NCBI GenBank assembly: GCA_964016885.1
Contig: OZ024740.1
Span: forward strand, 392,894,001-392,958,000
DNA from: Eledone cirrhosa
Lineage: Eukaryota
Reading direction: 5' to 3'
DNA: 64,000 bases
The translations under genes and the position numbers were made by a program. The notes under the pieces were generated by a model. That model searched no databases and was not told where the DNA came from. It saw nothing but the letters and a program-made list of their open reading frames with translations. Shown piece by piece: positions 42,608 through 55,450 of this stretch. How positions within the stretch are numbered: position 1 is the first letter of the stretch; each line of letters opens with the position of its first letter.

Positions 42608-44499
42608 GATTAAGTCTATTCTAGTGAGTAAGGTAGCACAAGTTGGGACATTCATACCTTTTCAAAATGTAAAGTAAATGTATTGGGTTATATTTTTCAT
42701 CTATAACTGCATATGGTAATACGAGGAAAAAGAATTAAGTTTCTATAAAATCTTACGTTTTTAGATACAAATCTTTTAGAAAAATCATCACATAGATTGC
42801 AGTCACAATTATCAAATGACTTTTCAAATTATAATGCATACAGTGTGACAGCTGTTGATCACACATCGTTATCATATCTCAATTTTTAACACAAAACATT
42901 GTTAACATTTTTTTTACTATTATTTTTCTGTGTAACAGATTGAAAGTCAACTGTTTTGTTGTTGGGTAGTGTCTGTCTGTTGTGATAAAGATGATTTATA
43001 CAATATAGCAGTTGTAAATTATACACTTTGTATTAAGTTAACTATAAACTCCCCATACCTGATATGTTCTAGATTTTAAACATGTAACCATGTAAAATTG
43101 GCAACATATGAATTCCGAGCTTTGAATGCTTAATCTACTTTTTCTCTCATTTAAAATTGTTTACATTGATCTCTAATACTGTGCTTTAATTCAATTTGTC
43201 AGATGTGATCAAACTTATTTCATTTCCTTAACTGGATGTATTGCTGAAATTAACAACTTATCTCAGGACAGATATTTGAATCACATAGTATAGAGGAACA
43301 GCAATTATCACAATCTGATCATATCCCCCATACTTGTATCTACTGTAGCCACTATTAGAATATACTGGTATACAAGTCAACAAGATTTCTATATGTTTAC
43401 TTGACCTGTTAGAAGCAGCAGCCAAATCTTCAATGCATACCCTGTCATCTTTAAAATGAATGATATAATCCTAGATGGGATAGTCCTGACTATAAATCTT
43501 TGAATACTTGGTTCACTTAATCAAGGCTGACTTGGAGTTAAACAACAATACTAATAAGCATCAGAAATAGATTGGCCAGTGTAAATACAGTATGGCTAGA
43601 CTGTCACAGTGTACCTCATACAATTTATTATTGCATGCTGGATTGTGCAGTATGGTTCTCTCTTGGCTGAGGCATGGTTATTTGGCTGATTACTTGTCCT
43701 AACACTGCACAGTATTTATGACTCAAATTAACCGTTTTTCACGTGGATAAACAACTCTGAATAATTTATTCTTTAAAATAGGCTAATTTTCTTGCCAACT
43801 CACATACAATATTTTACATCTCATTAGTAATTGTCTTATCACTGCTTCAGTAAGAACTGTGAAGTTTATGCCTTTGAAGAGTTATGAGAAGACTGAAATA
43901 TGTCTAGAATTATGTTCAATATTTTCAGGATAATCAAATAATATGAGTCCTTGATTAATATTATCTTTTCCTCATCACACAAATATTTTTAATTAGTTTT
44001 TTTAGTACTAGCTGCATTAAATATATCAATACTAATTTAACTCTGTCAGTTTACCTATCATTGTATTGATACAGTTTATTATGGTAAGCAGTTGAAATAT
44101 TGTAACTAAGGAGGGGTTATTTAGTTTTCAGCATTGAATTAATATTATGGGTTATAGATAGTAGGAACCTGCTTTTGTGTATTCTTCCCAGAAGATCCTA
44201 CAGCTACAAACTAAGGTATAGTTTATAACTCTATGTCAATCTTGGATTGATTTTCAAATATCAAATGACAGATTTCATCATTATCATTTTATTCCTGCCT
44301 TTCTATAAAGGCAAATCAATGTTAACTGAATATAATGGAGGATTTCAAGACTCCACTTTTGATTTTGCCTTGTAAAGGTGACTAAATTCATCTGGTGTTA
44401 TTTTTGTGATTTTTATTTTTTCTTCATTCCGTCTTCTCATGTTCATAAATTACAAATTTAAAGTAGATAATTTCTAGTCCTTCATCTGACATCATCACA

Positions 44500-44840
44500 T
44501 GGGTTGACAGGCTGTCACCTTATGAAGTCAGATAGGTCAGGTGACCACGTCTTCCTCATATACTTCATTTTTGGCTTAGTTTTCTATGGCTGGATGCCCT
44601 TTCTAATGTTAACCACCTTATAGAGTGAATCTATGCTTTCTTCATGACACCAGCACTATCACCTAACTGGGTGGTTTTTTTTTCATGGCACCAGCACTAC
44701 CACCTTACATGGTGGACTTGATGTTTTTTTTAGTGGCATCAGCACTAACACTTCACTGGGTGAACTGGATGCTTTTTGTCATGGCATCAATATGACCACC
44801 TTACAAGGTAGACTGAGTACTTTTTTGTGGCACCATCGCA
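44500..44840 (-). mobile_element. Old RTE-derived non-autonomous element with about 5 tandem module units
   Basis: GCTGGATGCCCTTTCTAA followed by repeated TGGCACCAGCACTACCACC units about 45 bp apart. Confidence 0.65.
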
Positions 44841-45329
44841 AGTAATCCTATAAAAAAATAAATGAAAAAAGGATAAAGAAATCATTAATTTATATAAATT
44901 TAAGAGTATGTATATCAAAATAGATTCATATATTAGACATTATAATCTCAAATTTGAGATGTAAATTAGCAACTGTGTTACCATTAACACTACAGATCAG
45001 CTGAGTCTAATCAATAACATAGTTGTCTGGAAAGTGTTAGATGTTATTTGGGTTTTGTCAGTTGTTATGTTGCTGTTTTCTGTCTCAAATTGGTGTTTAT
45101 GATGTTAGATATCATTTTACATAAAAATTGCACTAGCAGTTAATTCAGATTCCTTTACTTTTTTACCTTATTACAATTACTATTAAAGACCCTATCTCAG
45201 ACTGTTTTGAAAAAAAAAAATGAATAAATAAAAAACACTAAGAATGAAAGAGCAACTTAAATGATTTAGTTGACATTTAAATAACTTCTCATCAAATGTT
45301 AATATTCATTACTCTATTTCTAATTACAG

Positions 45330-45429
45330 CTTCCTTATTATTGCTTATAATTATGCATGTGAAATGTCCAAGAGTATTTTGGTACTGAATCCCTTTAGAT
45401 TAAACTGCAAGGAACCAGGCCTAACCAAA
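45330..45429 (+). CDS. SNX13: Sorting nexin-13, coding exon 2
   Basis: ttacAG/C..AAA/GTAAGT, 100 nt, phase 2 in and phase 0 out, which joins both neighbouring exons in frame; (G)FLIIAYNYACEMSKSILVLNPFRLNCKEPGLTK. Confidence 0.8.
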
Positions 45430-45847
45430 GTAAGTTGATGTTTTATTTATTTAATAAAAACTAATGCTAAATATTTTATTGATTTTATTCTGTCAATTGT
45501 TAACATTTTTGAATTTTTTTCTTATTTCTTATTGTTCATATCCATGCGATTTGCAAACCTAAAAAAAATCCATCCCACTGTCATTAAAAAAGTAAAAAGT
45601 AATATAGTTGCTTAATGATTTCTAATTTAGGCTCAAGGCTTGCAATTTGATATACTGAACACTTATAAACAGCTGTTTATGCAATTTCACCATGAACACA
45701 AAGAGAGGGATCAAATGGACTATAGTTTTAAACATGTTCTCATCAGAAACGGCTTATCCTGCTCTCAAATGATTACTGTGAAAATATTTAAAACCACTAT
45801 TATTAAATTCTTTATTAAGCCAGTATTATGTCAGTTATTTATTTACT

Positions 45848-46520
45848 ACTAGCAGTGGTACCCGGCGTTGCACAGGATAAGGTATTTTGGCACGCGGGCT
45901 GCCAACAGACCTAATCGTGGAAAAACTGCATGCCTGGACAATATGTAAAGAAAATAAACGGAATATTCTGATGGCTGGATAATCTTTAAGATTTTCCTCG
46001 GTGAAGCAGGAAAAATGCAGGTTTTCACCTAATGTGGGCCCTAGGGGATCAAGAAAATTAATTTTTTTTTATGTGCATAATATGCCTTGAAATTTCGGGA
46101 AAATCGGCTAGACGTAACGCCTCAAAAAAGCCATAAAAAGCTGAAAAAATGAAGTTTTTCACCTAATGTGGGCCCTAGGCCATAAAAAAGTTGGATTTTC
46201 TTTGCTCACGGTATGAAGAAGAGACTGACTAATACATAGTTACAATTTCAAGGAAATTGGTCTGACGTAACGCCTCAAAAAACCCCTAAAAAGCTGAAAA
46301 AAACCGCAGTTTTTCACCTAATGTGGGCTTTAAAGGATCAACAAGTTGAATTTTTTTGTGTGCATAACACTCCCTGAAACATCATACATATGTAAAGTTT
46401 GAAAAAAATTGGTTGGGTACTTCTCGAGTTTTAGGGATTCAAACTCAGACACACACACACAAATTTATAAGTGATTGTTTTGGGGAAATATTTCATATCT
46501 AAGTTTTTATTACTATATAG
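45848..46520 (-). mobile_element. Non-autonomous Helitron-like element with three internal 135-155-bp tandem units
   Basis: Minus-strand 3' end CCTGTGCAACGCCGGG..CTAG; TTTTCACCTAATGTGGGC recurs near 46022, 46157 and 46312; (CA)n near the other end. Confidence 0.7.
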
Positions 46521-47370
46521 TTATTGTTGCTCAAGGTTTGCTCTGAATTAGCAAACCTGTGATTGTCCTATTTTTTCCTTCTCAGAGAGAGAGAGAGTGC
46601 ATGCGTGCGCGAACGCGCGCATGCAGAACTACATTCTTCAGTGTATCCTTTGTCCATTAAGACAGTAGTGTGTGATTTGAGTGAGACTTTCCTGCTATTT
46701 TTAGCAGTTAAAGTAACTGCATACTGGTTCCCTCCTTTGTTTCATCATCATTACCTTCATCATGGTTTCATGTTCACTTTTTAAGCTGGCATGAGTAGGA
46801 TGGTTATTACAGCCTAATTCAATTCTTATTGAGAGTTAATGTCTGCCTTGATAAATTGGAGGATGATATCTCACTTGTACATTTTTAGCTTAGTACCTAT
46901 GTTTGGATGCCTTTCATAACACTAACCTCTTTACAGTGGACTGGATGTATTTTATCTTGGCACCAACATTCTTGTTTGTTTGTCTTTGTTATATATAGCA
47001 ATCAATGCCATTGTTTTTTTCTATCTCAAAAACACGTGTACATTCCAACAAACATTTTGTTTTATCTTCGACCTATATTTATTATTCAATGGGCAGTGGA
47101 AGCTGCTTAGTATTATGACACTTAATTTTATCAAATGGTTATTGTAATCAAATTTAGTGGGTCTCAAATATGATTAGAATATTATATCCTCTGCCTAATG
47201 TTATCAGCCAGTTATTTTTTATCTGAAAGGCTCTAATCATAAAGTGATCATAGGTGGTTTCCATTGTATCTCTGTCTTTAAGAACTGTAGAAGAGGAGCT
47301 AATGATTAAGCATCTAGGGATCACCCTGACCTGTTGGAAATAACAATCACGCACACTCTCAAATCGCACG

Positions 47371-47717
47371 TCATCATCATCATCATCATCATCTTTTTAC
47401 GTCCGCTTTTTCCTGCTTGCAAGGGTGGGACAGGAACTGATTCTGGCTTAATTTCTACAGCTGGATGCCCTTCCTAACACCAACCTCATTTGCAGTGAGT
47501 GCTGGGTGCTTTTTTGCTGTGGCACCTCCACGACCACTTTGCAGTGGAATGATATGGACCCCAGTCCTATCATCTCATTTCTACAGCTGAATAAACTGGA
47601 GCAATGTGAAATAAAGTGTCTTGCTCAAGGAAACAACACATCACCCGGTCTGAGAATTGAACTCACAACCTTTCGATTGCAAGGCCAATGCTCTAACCAC
47701 TAAGCCATGTGCCTACC
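47371..47717 (-). mobile_element. SINE family B, full length, inserted in an older repeat
   Basis: Reverse complement of 29997-30341 with (CAT)n at 47371. Confidence 0.92.
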
Positions 47718-48899
47718 ATCTAAAAATATATACATCTACTGAATAATTTAGTCTTGAAAAAAGAATGGGATTTTCAGTGCTGGATCACATTTGATGATGG
47801 ACCTACTTGTTCAGGACTGACCTTGGGCTAAACAATGGCTGTAGAGATTCTCTAAACTTTTTGCAGACTTCTAGGACACTGCACTAGTAATATTGACTAG
47901 GTAGTATCAATGAAAGAACTTAACTCATTAGAAGTTTTTCATTGTTAAAAACCTGTCTTTTATTACTACTTTTCACCTTCCCTGACAATTATATGTTCAG
48001 CTGTTTTAAACATGGATCAATAAACTAATTCATGATTTTAGTTAATGGGATTCTGATTGATTCACCTATGTTGTATTTTAAAAGTCATTAATAATTATTG
48101 TTTGGATAAATAAAATTAAATATTTATGAATAGATATTTATCCAATACACTAATGCAATAAATAGTTAACTACAAACTAACATGGGAGCCCTGTTAAACA
48201 TAGTTGTTAATTCTTTCTCAGATCTTATCCTTTTATCTTAAATAAAAGATTCATTAAACAATGTGGTCTCTGAGGATGATCATGCTTTTCATCATGTTTG
48301 ATTGATAAAGGCTAACCTGACACTAAACCACAATTTTGAAGAAATATAAGTTTTCTGGTAGATCAAGAGAAATTTTCTCTACATATAAGGGTGCCTCAGC
48401 ATAATCTCTGACCATTGAATAAAAGAATATGCCTCCTTTCAGCCAGCTATGAGATACATATCATCTATAAACTAGTTAAAACTTTTCTTAGTACTTTATA
48501 TACTTTCAAAGTTATAAATTAAAATATTTGCATATCAATGTGTCTCCATACATGGTGGGTGAAACAGTGCTATGGGCTTCATTGGAAGGTACTTTTAGTA
48601 GAGGAAGACATCTCAAGATGCTAAGCCTTATGGACAAGATGATAAAGTATTACAATGAGTGGTGAATATATTGTACTATCCTGCAGACTTGTTGAGCCTA
48701 TATTTGTGTGGAAAATTGTCAAAACAATGACTGAAAAGTTGAAGCAAGTGTTTGTGCATGTGTTGCATAAAACAACCACTATCACAATCAAGTATAGCAC
48801 TGCAAGAATAGATTAAAATCTCATTCGGTGACCTTTAAATAGCTTTAACATAGTCTGTTCTTTTTGATGCTATGTTTTGAAACTGAAATAGTTACATCA

Positions 48900-49265
48900 T
48901 GGAAGAGTCATTGTAATCATTTGAGAACACAAGAAAATTGTTATATTCTCTTTTCTGCCTTTGTGCGAAAAAAGGTGTAAGAAGAATCAAATATAATTTG
49001 TAAGCGAGAAGACTGCTGGTATGGCCATAGGATGCATATGGATGATCATTGGGTGAAGAAATGTCAGGAGTTCCCAGTAAAAGAAAGCTGCAGCAGCAGA
49101 CAACCAAAGAAGACCTGGGCTGAGGTGGTGAGAGCAGATTTTAAAACATTGAACCTCACAGAGGAAATGATATAGGAATGCAATAAATGGAGGGATGTTG
49201 TGCTGGAAAAGACCTGTCCAATCATATAAAAGGGAGATAAAAGGATGACAGTGATGATGATGATG
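48900..49265 (+). mobile_element. Degenerate RTE 3' fragment (family A-like)
   Basis: [30 protein letters not shown] remnants and (GAT)n tail. Confidence 0.75.
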
Positions 49266-49834
49266 TGTATAGTCTATTATGATGTATCAAAAAGATTTTG
49301 TTGCGTTTCTGCAGTTTGGGTACTGACACAATTCCACTATGTCAGTTGAAAATTAGTTACTGGTGCTATTATAAGCCTCAGGGATATTTTCTGTTCTGTC
49401 CTTTTCCTTCTCTTTTTGTTTTCTCTTGTTTTTGTTGTTTTCTTCTCTTAGTTACATTCAACAATAAGCATGTCAGTTTCATATATAAAGTCATTGTTTT
49501 GTCCTTTTGTGTGAATGAATTTACACTTTTTTGTTGACCTTTGGACGTGTAACTCAACAATATTGTTTGAACTTTAAAATTGTGGGTCTTTTGTCATTTT
49601 TAGATTCAATTCATCTTTGTTTTCCTTCTCTATATTATGTATGTATTTATTTATTTATTTATTTTTATAAGTAGAATGTTTAGATACATTTTTAGCTATG
49701 TTTTTATAAATTGTCTCATTGTATGGTTGAAAGTATTTTTGAAAGATCTCAGTAGAAAACAATTTGAAAGAATGAATATGTGGAATATTCTAATGCTAAC
49801 ATCAATAAAACCTTTGAAATACACTTCAGCTTAG

Positions 49835-51225
49835 TGACAGAAAGGGTTCTGATGCAACTAATTAGGGAAAGAGTGGAATTAGATAAGGTGCAGTTCGGGT
49901 TTTGTGCCAGGTAGGAGCACCACAGTTGTCCTCTTTTTAGTGAGACAACTACAAGAGATGTTTCTAGCTAAGAGTAAGCCACTATATCTAGCTTTTGTTG
50001 TTTTAGAGAAAGCCTTTGACAGAATACCATGTTCTGTCATCTGGTGGTCCTGAAAGAAACTAGGTGCAGAAGAGTAGCTTGTAAGAGCAGTGCAAGCCAT
50101 GTACAGAGCAGCAGTAAAAAAAGTGAGAATAGAAAGTGAGTTTAGTGAAGAATTCAAAGTACAGGTAGGAGTGCCTCAGGGTTCAGTCCTCATCCCACTT
50201 CTGTTTATTACAGTCTGCTAGCCTATAACAGATGAGTTTAAGACTGGCTGTCCATGGGAACTTTTATATGCTGGTGATTTGGTTCTCATAGCTGAATCTG
50301 TGGAAGAACTAAAGAATAAATTCCAGCTGTGGAAACAGAACTTAGAATCATAAGGGCTGAGAGTAAACTTAGCAAAAACCAAAGTGTTAATAATTAGGAA
50401 AGCAGACAGGGCCCTGGTTCCATCAGGAAGTGGCCTTGCTTGGTATGTAGGAAAGGATTAGGTATAAATTTTATATGATGAATACAATGCAAATCTTGGG
50501 TATACAAAGGTTTGGTGGGAGAGCAGGCAGACTAATGGGAAAGGAAGTGTTTGGGAAAGAAGTCTTTGTATGTAGATGTTCAGGGACAATTCGTAGTAAG
50601 AGTACCAGTGATATAAACCTTTTCCAATCCCGCGTAGGATCCATATAAGTGGTTGGTAGCTTCTGTTACCTACGTGATATATTTCAAGAGCATAGTAGCT
50701 AGAATAAGGACTGAATGGAAGAAGTTTAGAGAGCTACCACCTCTGTTGACAACAAAAAGTTTCTCCCTACAAACTAAAAGGTGGCTGTATGACTCCTTTG
50801 TGCAAAGTGTGTTGCTGCATGGTAGTGAGACATAGAAGATATGCGACATCTGGAGAGAAATGAAGCAAGCATGGTTCGATGGATGTGCAATATTAATGTG
50901 CATGAAAACAGATGAACTGAAAGAAACTAGGTATAAGTGGAATCAGATGTAGTGTGCAAGAGAGAAGACTGCACTGGTATAGACATGTGATGTGCATGAA
51001 TGATGATCGTTTGGTGAAGAAGTGCCAAAAAGACCCAGGAGAGGGAAGCCACATTAGAGGATGACTAAGTAGGACCTGAGTGAAGCTGTTAAGTACTGAT
51101 ATCAAATCATTGAAGTTCACAGGGGAGATGGAGAAGGAATGTGATGTGTGGAGACATGCTGTGCTGAAAAAGATCCATCTAACTCATGAGAGCATGGAAC
51201 AACAGATGGAAAAGGATGATGATGA
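49835..51225 (+). mobile_element. Old 5'-truncated RTE LINE (family A-like) with many stops and frameshifts
   Basis: Colinear with the RT region of RTE-A ([39 protein letters not shown]) and ends in (GAT)n. Confidence 0.88.
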
Positions 51226-53617
51226 ATAATGTTCTGAATTCTTGTTTTGTCTATGTTTCTGTAAACATCATGATCATATAGTTAAATCAATGATGAAATT
51301 TCTTCAGATGACTATCTGTATAGATGTCAGTTTGTAGTAACTGAACATTTACAGTGAGCATTAGAATCTTCCAAACTATGTATCTCTTGCCTTTACATAT
51401 AAATCTAATTACAAAAGGAAATCAAATAGCATGCTGCCAAAACTTAAAGAAAATGTTAATCTACCATTGTGATTATTGATTCATAACATTATGAATAAAT
51501 TTTACAATTGAATTGAAAAATATTTTCTTCTGTGTAATTAACTTAGTAAGGATCTTAATAGAAGGAACATTTCTAGAAAATCGAGATATTAAATATTGCA
51601 ATGTAAATAATCAATTAAACTTTTGAAATTTGCTTTAGCTCACATATAAAATGTATATATACATATGATAATATACATAAGTATATCCCGTCCACTAAAA
51701 GATCTAGGGGTAAAATATATACACTCTTTATGTGTGGTACTTTGGTTTTATCTGGTTTGGACTTAGAATTATGCCTGTGTAATGAGCTTCTGAAACCTTT
51801 GTAGAAAATATATGCTCAATATGTTGTGCAGTAATTGCAAAGTAAATTCTTATCAATATGGCCATATATTGATGCTTTAATTTTATTTTGAATTCTTGTA
51901 ACAAGTGATGCTTTAAATAAACTTTTCAGTGTGAAATTGACTTGTATCCATTTGCTTCTAACAATGGTTCTTAAGTACTAGTTGTGAATAGAATCAAAAT
52001 TATGTAGGGATATGATGTAATAACTAACATGTTACAGCCATGTTGAATTCAATTAAAAAGGAATACTTTTAGTGGTTTCTGGTAGCCATCTGTTATATAC
52101 TAGAGATTTTAGAAAGAAATTAGCTGAACACCCATGCATAAATTAGCAGTGTACCTCAATAAGTTTTTTTTCTTTTTTTACAAATTATTAAGGGACGGCA
52201 TTACTGGCAGGCATAAAGCATTTTCTGATTGCATAATAATGATTGATTTAACACTGTAACTTAATTAGGACTGGAGGCAGATCTAGAAAACCTAGGCCAA
52301 CACAGAATAGAAATTTATTGCACTGATGTGAAACTTTTTATTTCAATATATCAATGCTAGTGTTTCATTTTACTATATATACTCCCATATAAGCCGATCA
52401 GAATATAAACCCCTCCCCCATTTTATGTGTGAGAACTGGGCAAAAATCCAAACACCATGTATAAGCTGAAGCAGCTAATCAACACCTGCATAAATGGCGA
52501 GGTTCTGAAATTCTCACAAGTAGACAATATATTTATGATGTTTTAACATTTTTATATTTAAAATGTTTTGTTGTTTAAAGTATTGTTTTTGTTTCACAAC
52601 TCCATTACATAATGAATTTTTTACCTTTTCAACCATTTCATTAAGTTTCAACAAGTTTCTCGAATTTTTGTTTAATTCCAGCTACTCAAATGCTGGGAGT
52701 ATTTAGCTTGTTTTTATTTTTATTTTTAGCAGAAAATCACTAAAATTTGATATATTTTGAGTTTAAGATATTTAAAAAAAATTCTTTAACTATTATGGAG
52801 GTCATTAAAAACACTAGATGGAGATCAAAACTATGTGCAATGAATAGGGAATAGTTGAAAGATCCAGATCGGCCTAAGAGAACATTATTTAAGGATTCAG
52901 AATAGAAGTGGGATGGAGAGACAACAAGTGAGAAAGAAGAGAGGTAGAACAAGAAAAAGAGAGGGTGTGAAAAAGTATAATTAAATCAGAAAAACAGTTC
53001 ATGCAAATGTGTGTGTGTGTAGTAGATATTTATGTATCAAAAAGTTCAAATTATAAAATTATTGGTAATGTTCTGAAGGGAATGCATAAATAACACTCAC
53101 GACAATGTAGTAAATGTAGAAAAACTGTTTCATTGTAAAATAATCACTCTAGATATTCTACTACCTTATTTACAAAGAATTTGAAGTTGGTGAAAATCGT
53201 CAAAATATTGACCTCCATTATATAACCCCCCCCTCCATTTTACCATCTATTTTTGTTTTGTCACACATTTCTTTTTCAACTTATGACTCATTTCATAACA
53301 GTTATCACTGGCTTGATTCCATATAAAAAAAGAATTCCTAACTTAGTACGTTTGAATTTATTGTGGAATAGTGTTTACATAAATTTGCTCTAAATCATCA
53401 TCATCAGCATCATCATCATCGTTTAACGTCCATTTTCCACGCTAGCATGGGTCTGGACGGGATTAATAATACTAATTCCAATTGTTGAAAATTTGAGATG
53501 TTCCTATCAAAATATAAATTACAAAAATTAAAGAAGTCTTTCTTCACAATGAATGCTTTGGGCTGATTTGGCAATACCAATAATGTATTGTATCGTCGTC
53601 TTTTCTTTACTTCCCAG

Positions 53618-53707
53618 GTAAAAAATATTATGCAAAATACCGGCAGGTATCGCAATTTTGATCGCAGAATGACTGGGGCTAGTGTCATTGATGAAGCATT
53701 GCAAGAG
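53618..53707 (+). CDS. SNX13: Sorting nexin-13, coding exon 3 (start of PXA domain)
   Basis: ttcccAG/..GAG/GTAACT, 90 nt; VKNIMQNTGRYRNFDRRMTGASVIDEALQE matches SNX13 IDRRLTGANIIDEPLQQ as recalled. Confidence 0.92.
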
Positions 53708-54784
53708 GTAACTAAATTACCTACTTTTTTGTTTTATTTGAAAAGGTACAATTGTTAAAAGTTTTATTGAATTTGTGAGCAATACATTTTGAACAATTAA
53801 ATATAAAAATAGTACATTTGGAAAATGTTTCTTTTTATGTTAACCTGAATATATTTTGTTTGTGGGTGTGTTTCTACATATTTTCTGCTTTATCTGTTGG
53901 GCACTTGAATTTCATTATACATTTCTATTTGCATACATGCTAAATATCCATATGCATGTAGGCGGTTCTGGTTTTATCCATATGACTTATATGTTGGCCA
54001 TTAAAACTATGCCTTGAGGACCTTTACTGGTTCTCTGTAAGACATCCTGATTGATAATATAATCTATAAAGTATATTTGTATACTAAACAATAGCAGGCA
54101 TGAGGAATTTCTCCAGTTGCTTGAGGGTGTTCATAGTGCAGTGTCCTGATTTCTCAGTAATACAATAGGACTGCAAAGATTATGGCATTGTAAACATTCA
54201 GTTTGGTGATAATAGAAAGGTAAAAGTTCCTATCTGCAATGATGAGTGAAGTCTGTCTTTTTCAATCCTTGAGATCTTTTTGTTTATATACTTGAAAATC
54301 AATGTTCTACAGACATACACCCTGAATAGTAATGTATGGCTGAAGGGTGACACTTTTGGTGTTAACAGAGAAAGTACTTTATCTTTTCTATGACAGTTTT
54401 AGAAAACATCATTATCATTTAACATCAGTTTTCCTTGCTGGTTATTTCTTAATTATTAACCACAGCCATCAGTAAACAGTAACTTAATGATACTTCATTT
54501 ATTGACACACCCACACTTGCATGGTTTAATAATGAATATTTCACATTTGTCCATAACACATTTACAGATATGCAGACATTTGCAAACATACACATTCACA
54601 CCTACACATACATATACAAGCATACTCATTTACATACATGCACACATACAGATATACACGCATTCAGACATATATTCAATTGCACACATATATACATATA
54701 CATTTTTATGCACACACATAGGCATACACACTTTCACATGCACACATACCCATTTGAACACACACATGCACATACACTCATTTG

Positions 54785-54818
<34 letters not shown>

Positions 54819-54846
54819 ATATTTATCAATTGTTTTTCATTCACAG

Positions 54847-54968
54847 GTGCTTGATTATTTAATACGAGATTATGTCTTAAGTTGGTATCGTGCTCTTAGT
54901 CTTCATGATGGGTTCGTTATTAGCATTCGGAAATGTATGCAGAAGGTTATCACCACATTTGCAGCCAA
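54847..54968 (+). CDS. SNX13: Sorting nexin-13, coding exon 4 (PXA domain); gene continues downstream, next exon not located
   Basis: tcacAG/..AA/GTAAGT, 122 nt; VLDYLIRDYVLSWYRALSLHDGFVISIRKCMQKVITTFAA carries the PXA RDYV..WY motif. Confidence 0.92.
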
Positions 54969-55129
54969 GTAAGTTGATCTTGAATGTCGATTCTTTTCTG
55001 GAATAACACCATACTGCTTTTATTTATTAATAGTGGACCAGTGCTGATGATAATGATAGTAATAGTGTTGAACATATTTAATTTTTGAAGTCTAGGATTG
55101 GTATGCTGTATATACCAGGATTACCGGAT

Positions 55130-55450
55130 CTGTGAATAATCATCAATTATATGAACTGTGGAAATTTTGGCAGGTGTTTGAGAAATTGTGCTGCATGCTT
55201 GTTTTGTAGACCTAAAAGAAGTATATGCCTGCATTCCATGGGATCTGTTGTGGAAGGTTCTGCAAGAGTATGGGATCAATAGACAGCTTCTTGTTGCTCT
55301 GGTGTCTTTATATGAATGCCCTCGTATTTGTGTTTGGATCAATGGTGCTAAGTCAGAACCATTCAGTGTGGGTGTTGGACTCTGCCCAAGCTGTGTACTG
55401 TCACCTCTTTTCTTCATAATCTTCATTAGCAAGTTTGACATGTGCAGCTA
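55130..55450 (+). mobile_element. Degenerate RTE-clade RT fragment of a third lineage
   Basis: CFVDLKEVY..LWKVLQEYGI..SEPFSVGVGL..CVLSPLFFIIF. Confidence 0.75.

Noticed and set aside
52378-53260. Possible pogo/Tigger-like MITE remnants (TATAAGCCG, TATAACCCCC motifs)
   Set aside because: Too degenerate to define TIRs or boundaries by eye.
54487-54846. 5' extension of the 161-aa ORF upstream of the PXA exon
   Set aside because: CA-rich intronic microsatellite; the exon starts at the acceptor at 54847.
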